A stretch of DNA of 24,000 nt, taken from an uncultured archaeon. Lineage in GTDB: Archaea; Nanobdellota; Nanobdellia; Pacearchaeales; GW2011-AR1. The notes beneath the pieces were generated by a model, which saw only the letters and a list, made by a program, of their open reading frames with translations, was not told the origin of the DNA and did no database searches. Shown here piece after piece: positions 7,577-15,315 of the stretch. Position 1 is the first letter of the stretch; the number at the start of each line of letters is the position of its first letter. The stretch is from contig CABMHR010000002.1 of NCBI GenBank assembly GCA_902386025.1, positions 127,596 through 151,595 on the forward strand. Direction: 5' to 3'. A program made the position numbers and the translations under genes.

Positions 7577-9277
7577 CTACATTTCTTCTATTGCTTCAAT
7601 TCCAAGAAGATAGAGGGAATTTTTCAGAACCTGCCTGAAAGAATTTATCAAAGACAGGCGGAAATCTTCCCTGTCTGAATTTATGACAGGACAGGCGTGA
7701 TAAAATTCATTGAACAGCTGGGAAAGCTGATAGGAATAATTTGCAATTGCTGCAGGATTCCTGTTTGAAAAAGAATTAAGAACAATATCCTTGAATTGAA
7801 GCAGTTTTTTTATCAGTTCAAATTCTGCAGATTCCAGTTTTCCTTTTTCAAGATTTTTTTTGAAATTCTTTCCTGCTTTTTTTATTATTGAACTTGCTCT
7901 TGCATAGCTGTAAAGAATATATGCTCCTGAATCGCCTTCAAAATTTAAAGCATCTTCTTTGCTGAAAATTATAACCCTGTTTGAACTTTGTTTCAGCATA
8001 AAATATTTTATTGAAGCTATTGAAATTTTCAATGCCCTATTTTCCAATTCTTTTTCTGATATTAAAGGCTGTCTTTTTTTTATTTCTTCCTTGGAGTAAT
8101 CTGTCATTTCTTTCAAAAAATCAGAATATAAAATGTTCTCGCCTGTTCTTGAAGACATTTTTCCTGTAGGCAGGCGGACTTCAGAGAACGGAACAAATTC
8201 GCAATTGCCTGCCTTTTTGAATTTCATAAGTTCAAGCGTCTTGAACAGCTGAGCCATATGCAAAGACTGCGCTGCACCTATAACATAAATATTTTTATCC
8301 AGTTTGAATTTTTTGAATTTTTCTTCAGCCAAAGCCAAATCTTTTGCAGAATACAAAACTGTCTTGTCTTTTCTAAGCAAAACCCAAACCCCAAGATTAT
8401 ATTTCTTCAAATCCACAATAATCGCATCATCGCTGATTTCAGCAATTCTTTTTTTCAATAATTCTTCTGTAATTTTCTTTCCACTCTTCTCAACTTTGCT
8501 TTCAAAAAAATAAACATCAAAATGCGTGTTTAATTCTTTGTATATTTTTACAAATGAATCCAAGCTTAGCTTTCTTGTTTTTTTCCAGAGAGAAACCAGT
8601 GATTTGTCTTTTCCTTCTGACAATTTCCTGTTTATGACATCAACTTCTTTCTGCAATAATTCATTTTCTGCCAGATGTTTTACAGAATCAACATAAATTG
8701 AAGCAATCCACGATTCGTCTTTTCTTAATTTTTCTTTTGAATGATATTTTTTGTAGCACCATATCCATTTTGCAACGTGCATCCCAGAATCCCCCTGATA
8801 GTTTGCCCTCAAAACTTTTTCTCCTGAAAATTCAAAAATTCTGGCTAAACTTTCTCCTATGCTTGTCCCTCTGATATGCCCAACGTGAAATGCCTTGTGT
8901 GTATTTGCCTGCGAGAATTCAATCATTATTTTCTCCTTCTTTTTTGCATCCGGCTTTCCGAAATTATCTTTTTCTTTTAATATTTCTTTGATTAAATTGC
9001 CTGCAATTTTTTCCCTGTTCAAAAAGAAATTTATGTAAGCCCCCTTTGCCTGAATTGATTCAAAGTTTTCTGAAGAATTAATTTTGTTTTTTATTTCAGA
9101 TGCAATCTTGACAGGATTGTCCTTTAATTTTTCCTTTAATGAAAAGCACGGAAAAGAATAATCGCCCAAATCAGAAGAAGGCGGAATTTCCAAACTGCCC
9201 TCAATTTCCTCTTCTTTTAATTCAATTCCCTTTTCTGCAAGAGCTTTTTTCAAAATTTTTGCAATCAGCTTCTTCAT
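7577..9277 (-). CDS. argS: arginyl-tRNA synthetase
   Basis: FSQANTHKAFHVGHIRGTSIGESL (HVGH), GKMSSRTGENI, and the family-typical C-terminal ...EEM. Start is set at ATG 9277 (MKKLIAKIL) because a TATA-like box (complement of 9300-9307) lies about 26 bp upstream. The ORF-track start at 9295 would leave no promoter space. Confidence 0.92.
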   Translation of the reverse strand: MKKLIAKILKKALAEKGIELKEEEIEGSLEIPPSSDLGDYSFPCFSLKEKLKDNPVKIASEIKNKINSSENFESIQAKGAYINFFLNREKIAGNLIKEILKEKDNFGKPDAKKKEKIMIEFSQANTHKAFHVGHIRGTSIGESLARIFEFSGEKVLRANYQGDSGMHVAKWIWCYKKYHSKEKLRKDESWIASIYVDSVKHLAENELLQKEVDVINRKLSEGKDKSLVSLWKKTRKLSLDSFVKIYKELNTHFDVYFFESKVEKSGKKITEELLKKRIAEISDDAIIVDLKKYNLGVWVLLRKDKTVLYSAKDLALAEEKFKKFKLDKNIYVIGAAQSLHMAQLFKTLELMKFKKAGNCEFVPFSEVRLPTGKMSSRTGENILYSDFLKEMTDYSKEEIKKRQPLISEKELENRALKISIASIKYFMLKQSSNRVIIFSKEDALNFEGDSGAYILYSYARASSIIKKAGKNFKKNLEKGKLESAEFELIKKLLQFKDIVLNSFSNRNPAAIANYSYQLSQLFNEFYHACPVINSDREDFRLSLINSFRQVLKNSLYLLGIEAIEEM

Positions 9278-9281
9278 AAAG

Positions 9282-9307
9282 TTTATAACCCGCATTTGTT
9301 TTTATAT
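9282..9307. promoter_or_regulatory. two crossed TATA boxes in the 33-bp argS / FTR-like divergent spacer
   Basis: tttataa (9282-9288) lies 26 bp before the plus-strand ATG at 9311. atataaaa on the minus strand (9300-9307) lies 26 bp before the minus-strand ATG at 9277. Confidence 0.45.
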
Positions 9308-9310
9308 CTT

Positions 9311-9601
9311 ATGAAAAGCTGGGATGAATTCAAGTCAAAAGATGCAGAAGAATTCAGGAAAGATGCAGAAACGCACGCAAAAAATACAGGAATAAAAGTT
9401 AATCCAGACAAAAGTGCAGTAGACACAATAATAAAAGGAATGTTCAAAAACAAAAAAGAAAAAGGCGAGCTTTACTGCCCGTGCAGAATTGTCACAGGAG
9501 ACAAGAAAAAAGACAGCGAGATTATCTGCCCGTGCGTTTTCCACAGAGGGGAAGTGGAGCTTGAGGGGCATTGCAGATGCTTTTTGTTTGTTTCAAAATA
9601 A
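9311..9601 (+). CDS. ferredoxin:thioredoxin reductase catalytic-subunit-like Fe-S protein
   Basis: 96 aa from ATG 9311 with a CPC...CPC...HCRC cysteine pattern (YCPCRIVTG...IICPCVFHRG...GHCRCFLF). This resembles the CPC/CPC/CHC signature of FTR catalytic subunits, though the spacing differs from the plant enzyme. Confidence 0.7.
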   Translation: MKSWDEFKSKDAEEFRKDAETHAKNTGIKVNPDKSAVDTIIKGMFKNKKEKGELYCPCRIVTGDKKKDSEIICPCVFHRGEVELEGHCRCFLFVSK

Positions 9602-9667
9602 TTCAGTTTTAATAAATAGATAAAAAAATGCATAAAAGTTTATTAACTTCTAATAAGGGGTAAATGA

Positions 9668-9886
9668 ATGAATTATGCTCAAATTCCGCAGGATAGTTTT
9701 TGTCTGGAATACAAAGCAAAATGCGAGTGGCATGAAAACTGCCCTGAAAAAGAAAACTGCGACGGAATATTAGGCTCAAATATAAACAGCAGATGCATGA
9801 TATTTATAGAAAAAGTGCATCAAGAGCAGATTCTGGCTTCCACAACAATTGACGATGTTGTTTCTGCTTCAAATTTTCCAAACTAA
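9668..9886 (+). CDS. small cysteine-rich hypothetical protein
   Basis: 72-aa ORF with five Cys (C..C....C.....C...C) and AAGGGG about 8 nt upstream of the ATG. No family recognised. Confidence 0.4.
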   Translation: MNYAQIPQDSFCLEYKAKCEWHENCPEKENCDGILGSNINSRCMIFIEKVHQEQILASTTIDDVVSASNFPN

Positions 9887-9962
9887 AAAATAGGAAAGTA
9901 AAACAAAATGCGGGTGAAAGTAAAATTGGAAATTTTACAATCATCCTTTTTTTAGAAAATAT

Positions 9963-10121
9963 TGCGGGTGAAAGGGTTCGAACCTTCGCAGGCACTAAGC
10001 CACAGGATTTCTTATCTCCTTCCCTAAAGGATTATCTCAAGGGAAAGTTGACTGTCAAGAAAACCGTTAGGTTGTCTTCCAATCTTAAGTCCTGCCCATT
10101 TGACCACTCTGGCACACCCGC
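9963..10121 (-). tRNA. tRNA-Leu (anticodon UAA) with a 75-nt intron at the canonical 37/38 position; CCA not encoded
   Basis: Manual fold of the reverse complement gives the following. Acceptor GCGGGTG/CACCCGC with discriminator A. D arm CCA(G)-AGTGGTCAA-(A)TGG. Anticodon stem CAGGA/TCCTG with loop CTTAAG|intron|A. Long variable arm TGGCTTAGTGCCTGC. T arm GAAGG-TTCGAAC-CCTTT. Confidence 0.9.
10009..10083 (-). other. tRNA intron (about 75 nt) in a bulge-helix-bulge-like context
   Basis: Anticodon-loop CUUA pairs with UAAG near the intron 3' end, forming a 4-bp central helix. It is flanked by the 3-nt bulges AG|A and AA|A that carry the predicted splice sites. The outer helix is weak (2 bp). 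An internal hairpin TTCCCT...AGGGAA is present. Boundaries are ambiguous by 1 nt because of A runs. Confidence 0.75.
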
Positions 10122-10144
10122 ATATGATAATACCAAAAAGAAAC

Positions 10145-10153
10145 TATATAAAA
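10145..10153 (-). promoter_or_regulatory. TATA box for tRNA-Leu
   Basis: The minus strand reads TTTTATATA, centred about 28 bp upstream of tRNA position 1 (10121). Confidence 0.5.
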
Positions 10154-10170
10154 ACCTTTAGAATTTAATA

Positions 10171-11166
10171 TTAATCAAACAAGCTGGAGATAGAAAGCCC
10201 GTTTTGAGCCCTGTAAATCGCCTCTGCAAACAAGGAAGTTACATCAAGAATTTCAACTCCCTGAAGCTCGTCTTCTCTCCTGTAATGAGTGTTGCTTGTC
10301 ATTATCACATCAAATTTCTGCTTGATGTTTTCTGTTCCTTCTGTAAACAATCCGTGTGCTGCATAGCAGAATAATTTTTCGGCCCCGTTTTCTTTCAGCA
10401 AATCTGCTGCTTTTAGCAAAGTTTTTCCAGAATCAAGAATATCATCAACAATTAAAACATTTTTCCCCTTGACATCTCCCACAAGCTCCATTGAATTTAC
10501 TTCTCCTGCCTCCAATCTTTCCTTGCTGATAAGCGCTTGAGTGTAATTATGTTTTTCTGAATCCCCAAAATTTGCTTTTCTTAATCTTTTTGTGAATGCT
10601 CTAACCCTGTCAACTCCGCCTGTATCCGGAGAAACCACAACCAAATTTTCCAAATCACTGAAATATTTTTTTCTCAAATGAGAAACAGCAATAGGGAAGC
10701 TGTAAAGATTATCCAAAGGCATATTTTCTGGGTAAAATCCCTGAATCTGCGGAGCGTGCAAATCCATTGTGATTATCCTCTTCAGGTTTGGGGAAATTGT
10801 TCTTGCCACTGTTCTTGCTGAAATGGGAACGCGGGACTTGTCTTTTCTGTCTTTTCTTGAATAAAACATATCTGGGAGAACAAAACTGACTGATTCTGCA
10901 GAAGCGCTTAGCAACAAGTCCTTAACCAGCATAAGTTCAACCCACCAGTTTTGGGGGGCTTTTGTTGAGTCCTGTATATAAAAAATTTCTTTTCTTCTTA
11001 TGTTTTCAGGAGTGTATAAGTCCTCTTCTTTATTCCTAAAATAAGACAAAGACAGCTCTTTTAAAAGAACATCTTCTCCTTTTTCATTCTGTATATAATC
11101 CCTAATCTTATTTGAAAATTCCCAAGATTTTGATTTCGGGTCTGCAAGCAAGACAACTCCATCCAT
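10171..11166 (-). CDS. prs: ribose-phosphate pyrophosphokinase (PRPP synthetase)
   Basis: 331 aa with YSRKDRK...RVPISA, MDLHAPQIQGF, VVSPDTGGVDRVRAF, and the PRPP-binding loop VLIVDDILDSGKTL. Confidence 0.9.
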   Translation of the reverse strand: MDGVVLLADPKSKSWEFSNKIRDYIQNEKGEDVLLKELSLSYFRNKEEDLYTPENIRRKEIFYIQDSTKAPQNWWVELMLVKDLLLSASAESVSFVLPDMFYSRKDRKDKSRVPISARTVARTISPNLKRIITMDLHAPQIQGFYPENMPLDNLYSFPIAVSHLRKKYFSDLENLVVVSPDTGGVDRVRAFTKRLRKANFGDSEKHNYTQALISKERLEAGEVNSMELVGDVKGKNVLIVDDILDSGKTLLKAADLLKENGAEKLFCYAAHGLFTEGTENIKQKFDVIMTSNTHYRREDELQGVEILDVTSLFAEAIYRAQNGLSISSLFD

Positions 11167-11186
11167 AAAAAAAATTGCAAAAATTT

Positions 11187-11194
11187 ATTTAAAT
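11187..11194. promoter_or_regulatory. palindromic TATA box ATTTAAAT centred in the prs / nuclease divergent spacer
   Basis: The spacer 11167-11214 is 48 bp. The palindrome centre (11190.5) is 24.5 bp from both the minus-strand ATG (11166) and the plus-strand ATG (11215). Confidence 0.5.
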
Positions 11195-11214
11195 TAATTG
11201 CGGTATTAAAAGAT

Positions 11215-12003
11215 ATGAATAGAAAAAGGGGAATTTTTCTGCTGATTTTTTTGATACTGGTTCTTTTTGCTGTCAATTACAAGTTTCTCGACGAAAAGAT
11301 TAAAGAGTTTTTGTATGAAAGTGATTCAGCAGTCGCTGAAAGGATAATTGACGGAGACACAATTGTCATAAATAACAATACTCACATAAGGCTGCTGGGG
11401 ATTAATACTCCTGAAAAAAAAGAATATTATCACTACGAAGCAATGAATTTTCTTTCGGGATTAATTCTTAATAAAACAATAAAACTGGAATACGGAAAAG
11501 AAAGGACAGACTTGTATGGAAGGACGCTTGCATATGTAATTCTAAACGGGGAAAATATTAATATTGAACAAGTAAGAAATGGATTTGCAAATTTTTACAT
11601 TTATGACAGAGACAAATATACTTCTGAACTTGAAAATGCATGGAATGAGTGCATTTCCAGCGGAAAAAATCTGTGCGAAAAGTCAAAAGATGAATGTGCA
11701 AATTGCATTGAATTAAAAAAGCTGGATGCAAAAAATCAGGAGATTATTCTCTACAATAACTGCAACTTTAACTGCAATCTTGCAGGTTGGAGCATCAAGG
11801 ATGAAGGAAGAAAAAATTTCTTTTTCCAAAAATTTGTTCTTGAACAAAACAAGGAAATAAAAATAATCACAGGAAATGAAACAGACAGCAGGGATATTTT
11901 GTTTTGGAGGGGGGAAGATTATGTCTGGACAGAAACAGGAGATAGTTTATTCTTAAGAGACGATAAAGGAAAGCTTGTGCTTTGGAAAGAAATTAACAGA
12001 TAA
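11215..12003 (+). CDS. membrane-anchored staphylococcal-nuclease-like (SNase) nuclease with C-terminal lamin-tail-like domain
   Basis: 262 aa with an N-terminal TM (GIFLLIFLILVLFAV). The SNase core reads IIDGDTIVI, IRLLGINTPE, ERTDLYGRTLAYV, QVRNGFA. The C-terminal region CIELKKLD...EIILYNN...LAGWSIKDEG...FFFQKFVLEQNKEIKIITG has the LTD pattern. Confidence 0.82.
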   Translation: MNRKRGIFLLIFLILVLFAVNYKFLDEKIKEFLYESDSAVAERIIDGDTIVINNNTHIRLLGINTPEKKEYYHYEAMNFLSGLILNKTIKLEYGKERTDLYGRTLAYVILNGENINIEQVRNGFANFYIYDRDKYTSELENAWNECISSGKNLCEKSKDECANCIELKKLDAKNQEIILYNNCNFNCNLAGWSIKDEGRKNFFFQKFVLEQNKEIKIITGNETDSRDILFWRGEDYVWTETGDSLFLRDDKGKLVLWKEINR

Positions 12004-12038
12004 AGAAAATTTTTAAAGAATGCCTGATGGATAATCAG

Positions 12039-13193
12039 ATGAAGAAATGGATATATGCTGGAATTTTTTCTTTAAGTGCATTTATTGCTGGATGCAAACC
12101 AAATCCTGCAATTCCAACTGTGAGTCCAAATATAGATATTGCCCCTGTAACTAACCTGTATGTCAATCCATCTTCTGGAGAAGAGCCTCTTTCTGTAAAT
12201 ATTAAAGTTAATGGAACAGACACAAATGGGAATGATGACATAAAAAAATATGATGCTTATATTGATATTGGAAATGACAAAATAATTGACGAGACAATTT
12301 CGCAGTCAGTTCCTATTGATGCAACAAGAACTTTTGACAAAGGAAATGTAATGATTTACGGGCAATGCACAGATTCTGGGGGATTGAAAGATAAAAAAGG
12401 GCTGGAAATAATTGTCTCTGAAAAAATTCCATTAAATCCGCCTGAAGCAATTCTTGATATTAATCCTCTTTCAGGGGAGCGTCTGCTTGAGGTGAATATA
12501 AAACTTAATGGAACAGGCAAAGATGGAAAGGACATAAAGTTATATCAAATTGAGATAGATGCAAAAGAAGACGGAATAATCGATGAAATAATTTCGCAGT
12601 CAGTTCCTATTGATGCAACAAGAACTTTTGACAAAGGAAATGTAATGATTTACGGGCAATGCACAGATTCTGGAAATTTAATTTCAGAAAGAGCAAATAA
12701 AGAAGTAGTTGTTTCAGAAAGAGCAGATTTGACTGCAAACATAACTCTTAATTTCAGCACAGATATAGGATATAAAATAGGAGACAAGTTAAATTTTTCA
12801 GGAATAGTGCAGAATAATACTTCAAATGAGATAATAGTTGATAATTCAAAAAAAGACAGCTTGGAATACAAACTTTTGAAAAATGGAGTAGAATTAATAC
12901 ACGAAAAGATGAATGAAGACGCACTTCTCAAACTGCGTCCTGAAGGAACAATAAAAGTTGAATACAACAATGATTTATTAACATTCACAGTAACAAATGC
13001 AAAAATAAATTACAAAGGGCTGGAAATAGATACAGACTGGCTTGATAACGAGAAATATCAATATTCTTCAAATCAAAGCAGCTACAAATTTGCAGAGAGC
13101 GGAAATTATTTGATTGAAACAGATTTAAAATATTCTGTGAATAACAATGCTTATTCAGTAAAGTTTACAAAAGATTTTATTGTTGAGGAATAG
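12039..13193 (+). CDS. putative surface lipoprotein with two PKD-like repeats
   Basis: Signal peptide with lipobox (MKKWIYAGIFSLSAFIAGC). Two repeats of about 98 aa (NPSSGEEPLSVNIKVNGT... and NPLSGERLLEVNIKLNGT...) share an identical 28-aa core. Start is set at ATG 12039 because ttttaaag (12011-12018) lies about 25 bp upstream; the ORF track starts at 12027. Confidence 0.72.
   Translation: MKKWIYAGIFSLSAFIAGCKPNPAIPTVSPNIDIAPVTNLYVNPSSGEEPLSVNIKVNGTDTNGNDDIKKYDAYIDIGNDKIIDETISQSVPIDATRTFDKGNVMIYGQCTDSGGLKDKKGLEIIVSEKIPLNPPEAILDINPLSGERLLEVNIKLNGTGKDGKDIKLYQIEIDAKEDGIIDEIISQSVPIDATRTFDKGNVMIYGQCTDSGNLISERANKEVVVSERADLTANITLNFSTDIGYKIGDKLNFSGIVQNNTSNEIIVDNSKKDSLEYKLLKNGVELIHEKMNEDALLKLRPEGTIKVEYNNDLLTFTVTNAKINYKGLEIDTDWLDNEKYQYSSNQSSYKFAESGNYLIETDLKYSVNNNAYSVKFTKDFIVEE
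12296..12379 (+). repeat. 84-bp perfect direct repeat, copy 1 (inside PKD-like repeat 1)
   Basis: aatttcgcagtcagttcctattgatgcaacaagaacttttgacaaaggaaatgtaatgatttacgggcaatgcacagattctgg is identical to 12590-12673 (offset 294 bp). Confidence 0.9.
12590..12673 (+). repeat. 84-bp perfect direct repeat, copy 2 (inside PKD-like repeat 2)
   Basis: Identical to 12296-12379. The flanking parts of the 294-bp repeat unit are clearly diverged. Confidence 0.9.
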
Positions 13194-13234
13194 TTAGATT
13201 TAAATATTACAATAGACAAATTTTAACAAGAAAA

Positions 13235-14788
13235 ATGAGGAAATTAATTTTCACATTAATGTCTGCAGTTCTTTTAATTAGTTTTATAAGCGCCTGCACT
13301 CCGCTTGAGAATTTTATGTCTCCAGAAGCGACAAATATGACAATAATAATCACGCAGGATACAACAACAGATTTATTTTCTATGAATACTGCAGGATTCA
13401 GCTGGGATACTCAAAGTATTGCTATTCCTGATTTTGCTACAATTAGTATTCCAATATCAAAAATATTAGAAGGGGTGAATTTAAGGGCAGATTTAAAGGA
13501 CGGAGAATCACTGCCTGTATTTTCAAATGTCCAGCTTTCAAATGAACAATTCCCTATAAAGGTAGGAAAAGGAGATAGTTCTATTTCTGATGTTGCATTA
13601 TTGAATCTTCTTGGAGGAGATTTTACAGGGGAAATATCCCAAGATACAAACGAGCTTAATTTACTTGTGCAAAAAGCTCCATCTCTTACAACAAAAGCAG
13701 ACGGAAATTATTATTTCATTAAAGACGGAACAGATTATACTTTTGGATATGACAAAGGATTTGGAGACATACCAAGCGAATACAAGAATAATATAGCTAA
13801 AGCAATTGAAGATGGGGTTAATTCAATTAATCTTCAAACACTTATAGAAAACAACCTTTTCCCATCATTAAATCTTGATAGCCAATTATCTTTTCTTCAG
13901 CAGTTAGGATTTACTTCATCCGTTGATTTTGAAAATGCTGTCCTTGAAGGCACAGATTCTGAAGTAAGCGTTGATTTGTCAAGTGTTGAGTTTCAGGACG
14001 GAACTTATCACATACCTGTAACAATAACTCCTTCATCTGGAGAAAGCCCTGTAACAAAAAACATAACTGTGATATTAAATGGGATAGTTAATGAAGGGAG
14101 CGATAAAACAACCAGCGACATATACATCCCTTCAGGATTTGGAATTAAAGATTTAATAAACCAAATAAAAGGGCTTCCTGTAGGAACAACAATACAAATT
14201 AGTGTATCTGATATTCAGCCTTCTGGATTAAGCAATCTTGGACACACTAATATGCTGAAATATTTTGTAATAAATGTCAGCCAAGAGCCAAGTTCTGATG
14301 CGCAAATAGATTTCACAATTCTAAAATCTTACATAAATGATGCTGACAAAATCAGTTTATATGTATGGGGGCCTGCAAGTTCTTCTTGGACTAAGCTTTC
14401 AACAACTTTTTCAGGCTCAACTGCAGACGGATTGTCTTATTCATTTTATGCAATAACACCTCACTTCTCAACATTTATGGTTGGAGAAGACACAAGCTCT
14501 ACAAATACAGTGCATCATCATATAGGAATGACTACTTTGATATCTTCGCCAGAAAATAATAATGCTTCTGCTAAACCAGAAGAGAGCCCAATAACTCTTG
14601 AAAACCCTCCAGCAAAAGAAGGATTATTTGCAAGAATAGGGAAATTTCTGACAGGTGCAGTAACAGGAGTTGGAAATGCAGTGAAGCAGAATCCAGTAAT
14701 GGGAGTTGCAGCATTGCTTACTTTCTTTATAGCAGTTGTTGGAGTAACAATTACTTCTATAAAGTTCAGAAGAAGAGCCAGAAAGTAA
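13235..14788 (+). CDS. large secreted or surface-anchored protein (lipobox N-terminus, C-terminal TM anchor)
   Basis: 517 aa. N-terminus MRKLIFTLMSAVLLISFISAC (lipobox ISAC). The segment ...WTKLSTTF...YSFYAITPHFSTFMVGE resembles the PGF-pre-PGF type surface-protein domain. The C-terminus is a hydrophobic helix plus basic tail (VAALLTFFIAVVGVTITSIKFRRRARK). Confidence 0.68.
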   Translation: MRKLIFTLMSAVLLISFISACTPLENFMSPEATNMTIIITQDTTTDLFSMNTAGFSWDTQSIAIPDFATISIPISKILEGVNLRADLKDGESLPVFSNVQLSNEQFPIKVGKGDSSISDVALLNLLGGDFTGEISQDTNELNLLVQKAPSLTTKADGNYYFIKDGTDYTFGYDKGFGDIPSEYKNNIAKAIEDGVNSINLQTLIENNLFPSLNLDSQLSFLQQLGFTSSVDFENAVLEGTDSEVSVDLSSVEFQDGTYHIPVTITPSSGESPVTKNITVILNGIVNEGSDKTTSDIYIPSGFGIKDLINQIKGLPVGTTIQISVSDIQPSGLSNLGHTNMLKYFVINVSQEPSSDAQIDFTILKSYINDADKISLYVWGPASSSWTKLSTTFSGSTADGLSYSFYAITPHFSTFMVGEDTSSTNTVHHHIGMTTLISSPENNNASAKPEESPITLENPPAKEGLFARIGKFLTGAVTGVGNAVKQNPVMGVAALLTFFIAVVGVTITSIKFRRRARK

Positions 14789-14846
14789 GATTTCTAAACA
14801 GAAGCTAAATAGGAAGAATTTTAAACCTGTTAATAATTAAAAAAAG

Positions 14847-15263
14847 ATGAAATATCCTTACCAAGATGAAGATTCTTTCTTTAAAGAACAGAAGAGGATG
14901 ATAGACGAATTAGAAACATCTAAAGAAGAAAAAGAAAGACTTTATTCTCTTCTTGATGAAACTGTTAAGAATAATGAATATATGAAAAGTATGCAAATGA
15001 GAGATGAATACCTTAATTTTACAGAGAAACTAGCATATTTAGTAAGCGAAGCAGCAAGAATAGTGGAAATTAACTCAAAAACAAGGCAATCATTGAAAAT
15101 AGCATCTATAAATGCAAAGATTAATGCAATAAAGATAAATGAAGCATCCAGACAAATTACAGAATTAAGCGATAGGATTGTGGAAAGCGTTAAAGGAGAA
15201 GAGAGAAGAAGAGTTCTTAATGAAATAACAAACGGAATGATTAATCAGTATAATAAAGATTAG
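14847..15263 (+). CDS. hypothetical coiled-coil protein
   Basis: 138-aa charged, heptad-rich ORF without a signal peptide. TATA-like attttaaacc (14818-14827) lies about 25 bp upstream. Confidence 0.5.
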   Translation: MKYPYQDEDSFFKEQKRMIDELETSKEEKERLYSLLDETVKNNEYMKSMQMRDEYLNFTEKLAYLVSEAARIVEINSKTRQSLKIASINAKINAIKINEASRQITELSDRIVESVKGEERRRVLNEITNGMINQYNKD

Positions 15264-15315
15264 ATATAATTCTAATACATATAAATTAATAAATAACTCT
15301 TTATGGGGGTTAGAC

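Noticed and set aside
9277-9310. ORF-track starts at 9295 (argS, MRVINF...) and 9296 (TTG, MFLYL...), which would make the divergent genes abut with zero spacer
   Set aside because: These starts leave no room for either promoter. The internal ATGs at 9277 and 9311 each have a TATA-like box at the standard distance of about 26 bp and give normal N-termini.
10009-10083. C/D box sRNA embedded in the tRNA-Leu intron, as in the haloarchaeal tRNA-Trp intron
   Set aside because: No RUGAUGA (C box) or CUGA (D box) motifs are present in the intron.
14847-15263. Resemblance of LKIASINAKINAIKINEASRQITELSDRIVES to the hairpin tip of methyl-accepting chemotaxis protein signalling domains
   Set aside because: The diagnostic GFAVVA.E[VI]R.LA core is missing. 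The similarity is confined to an Ala/Ile/Asn heptad pattern expected of any coiled coil, and no che genes are nearby.
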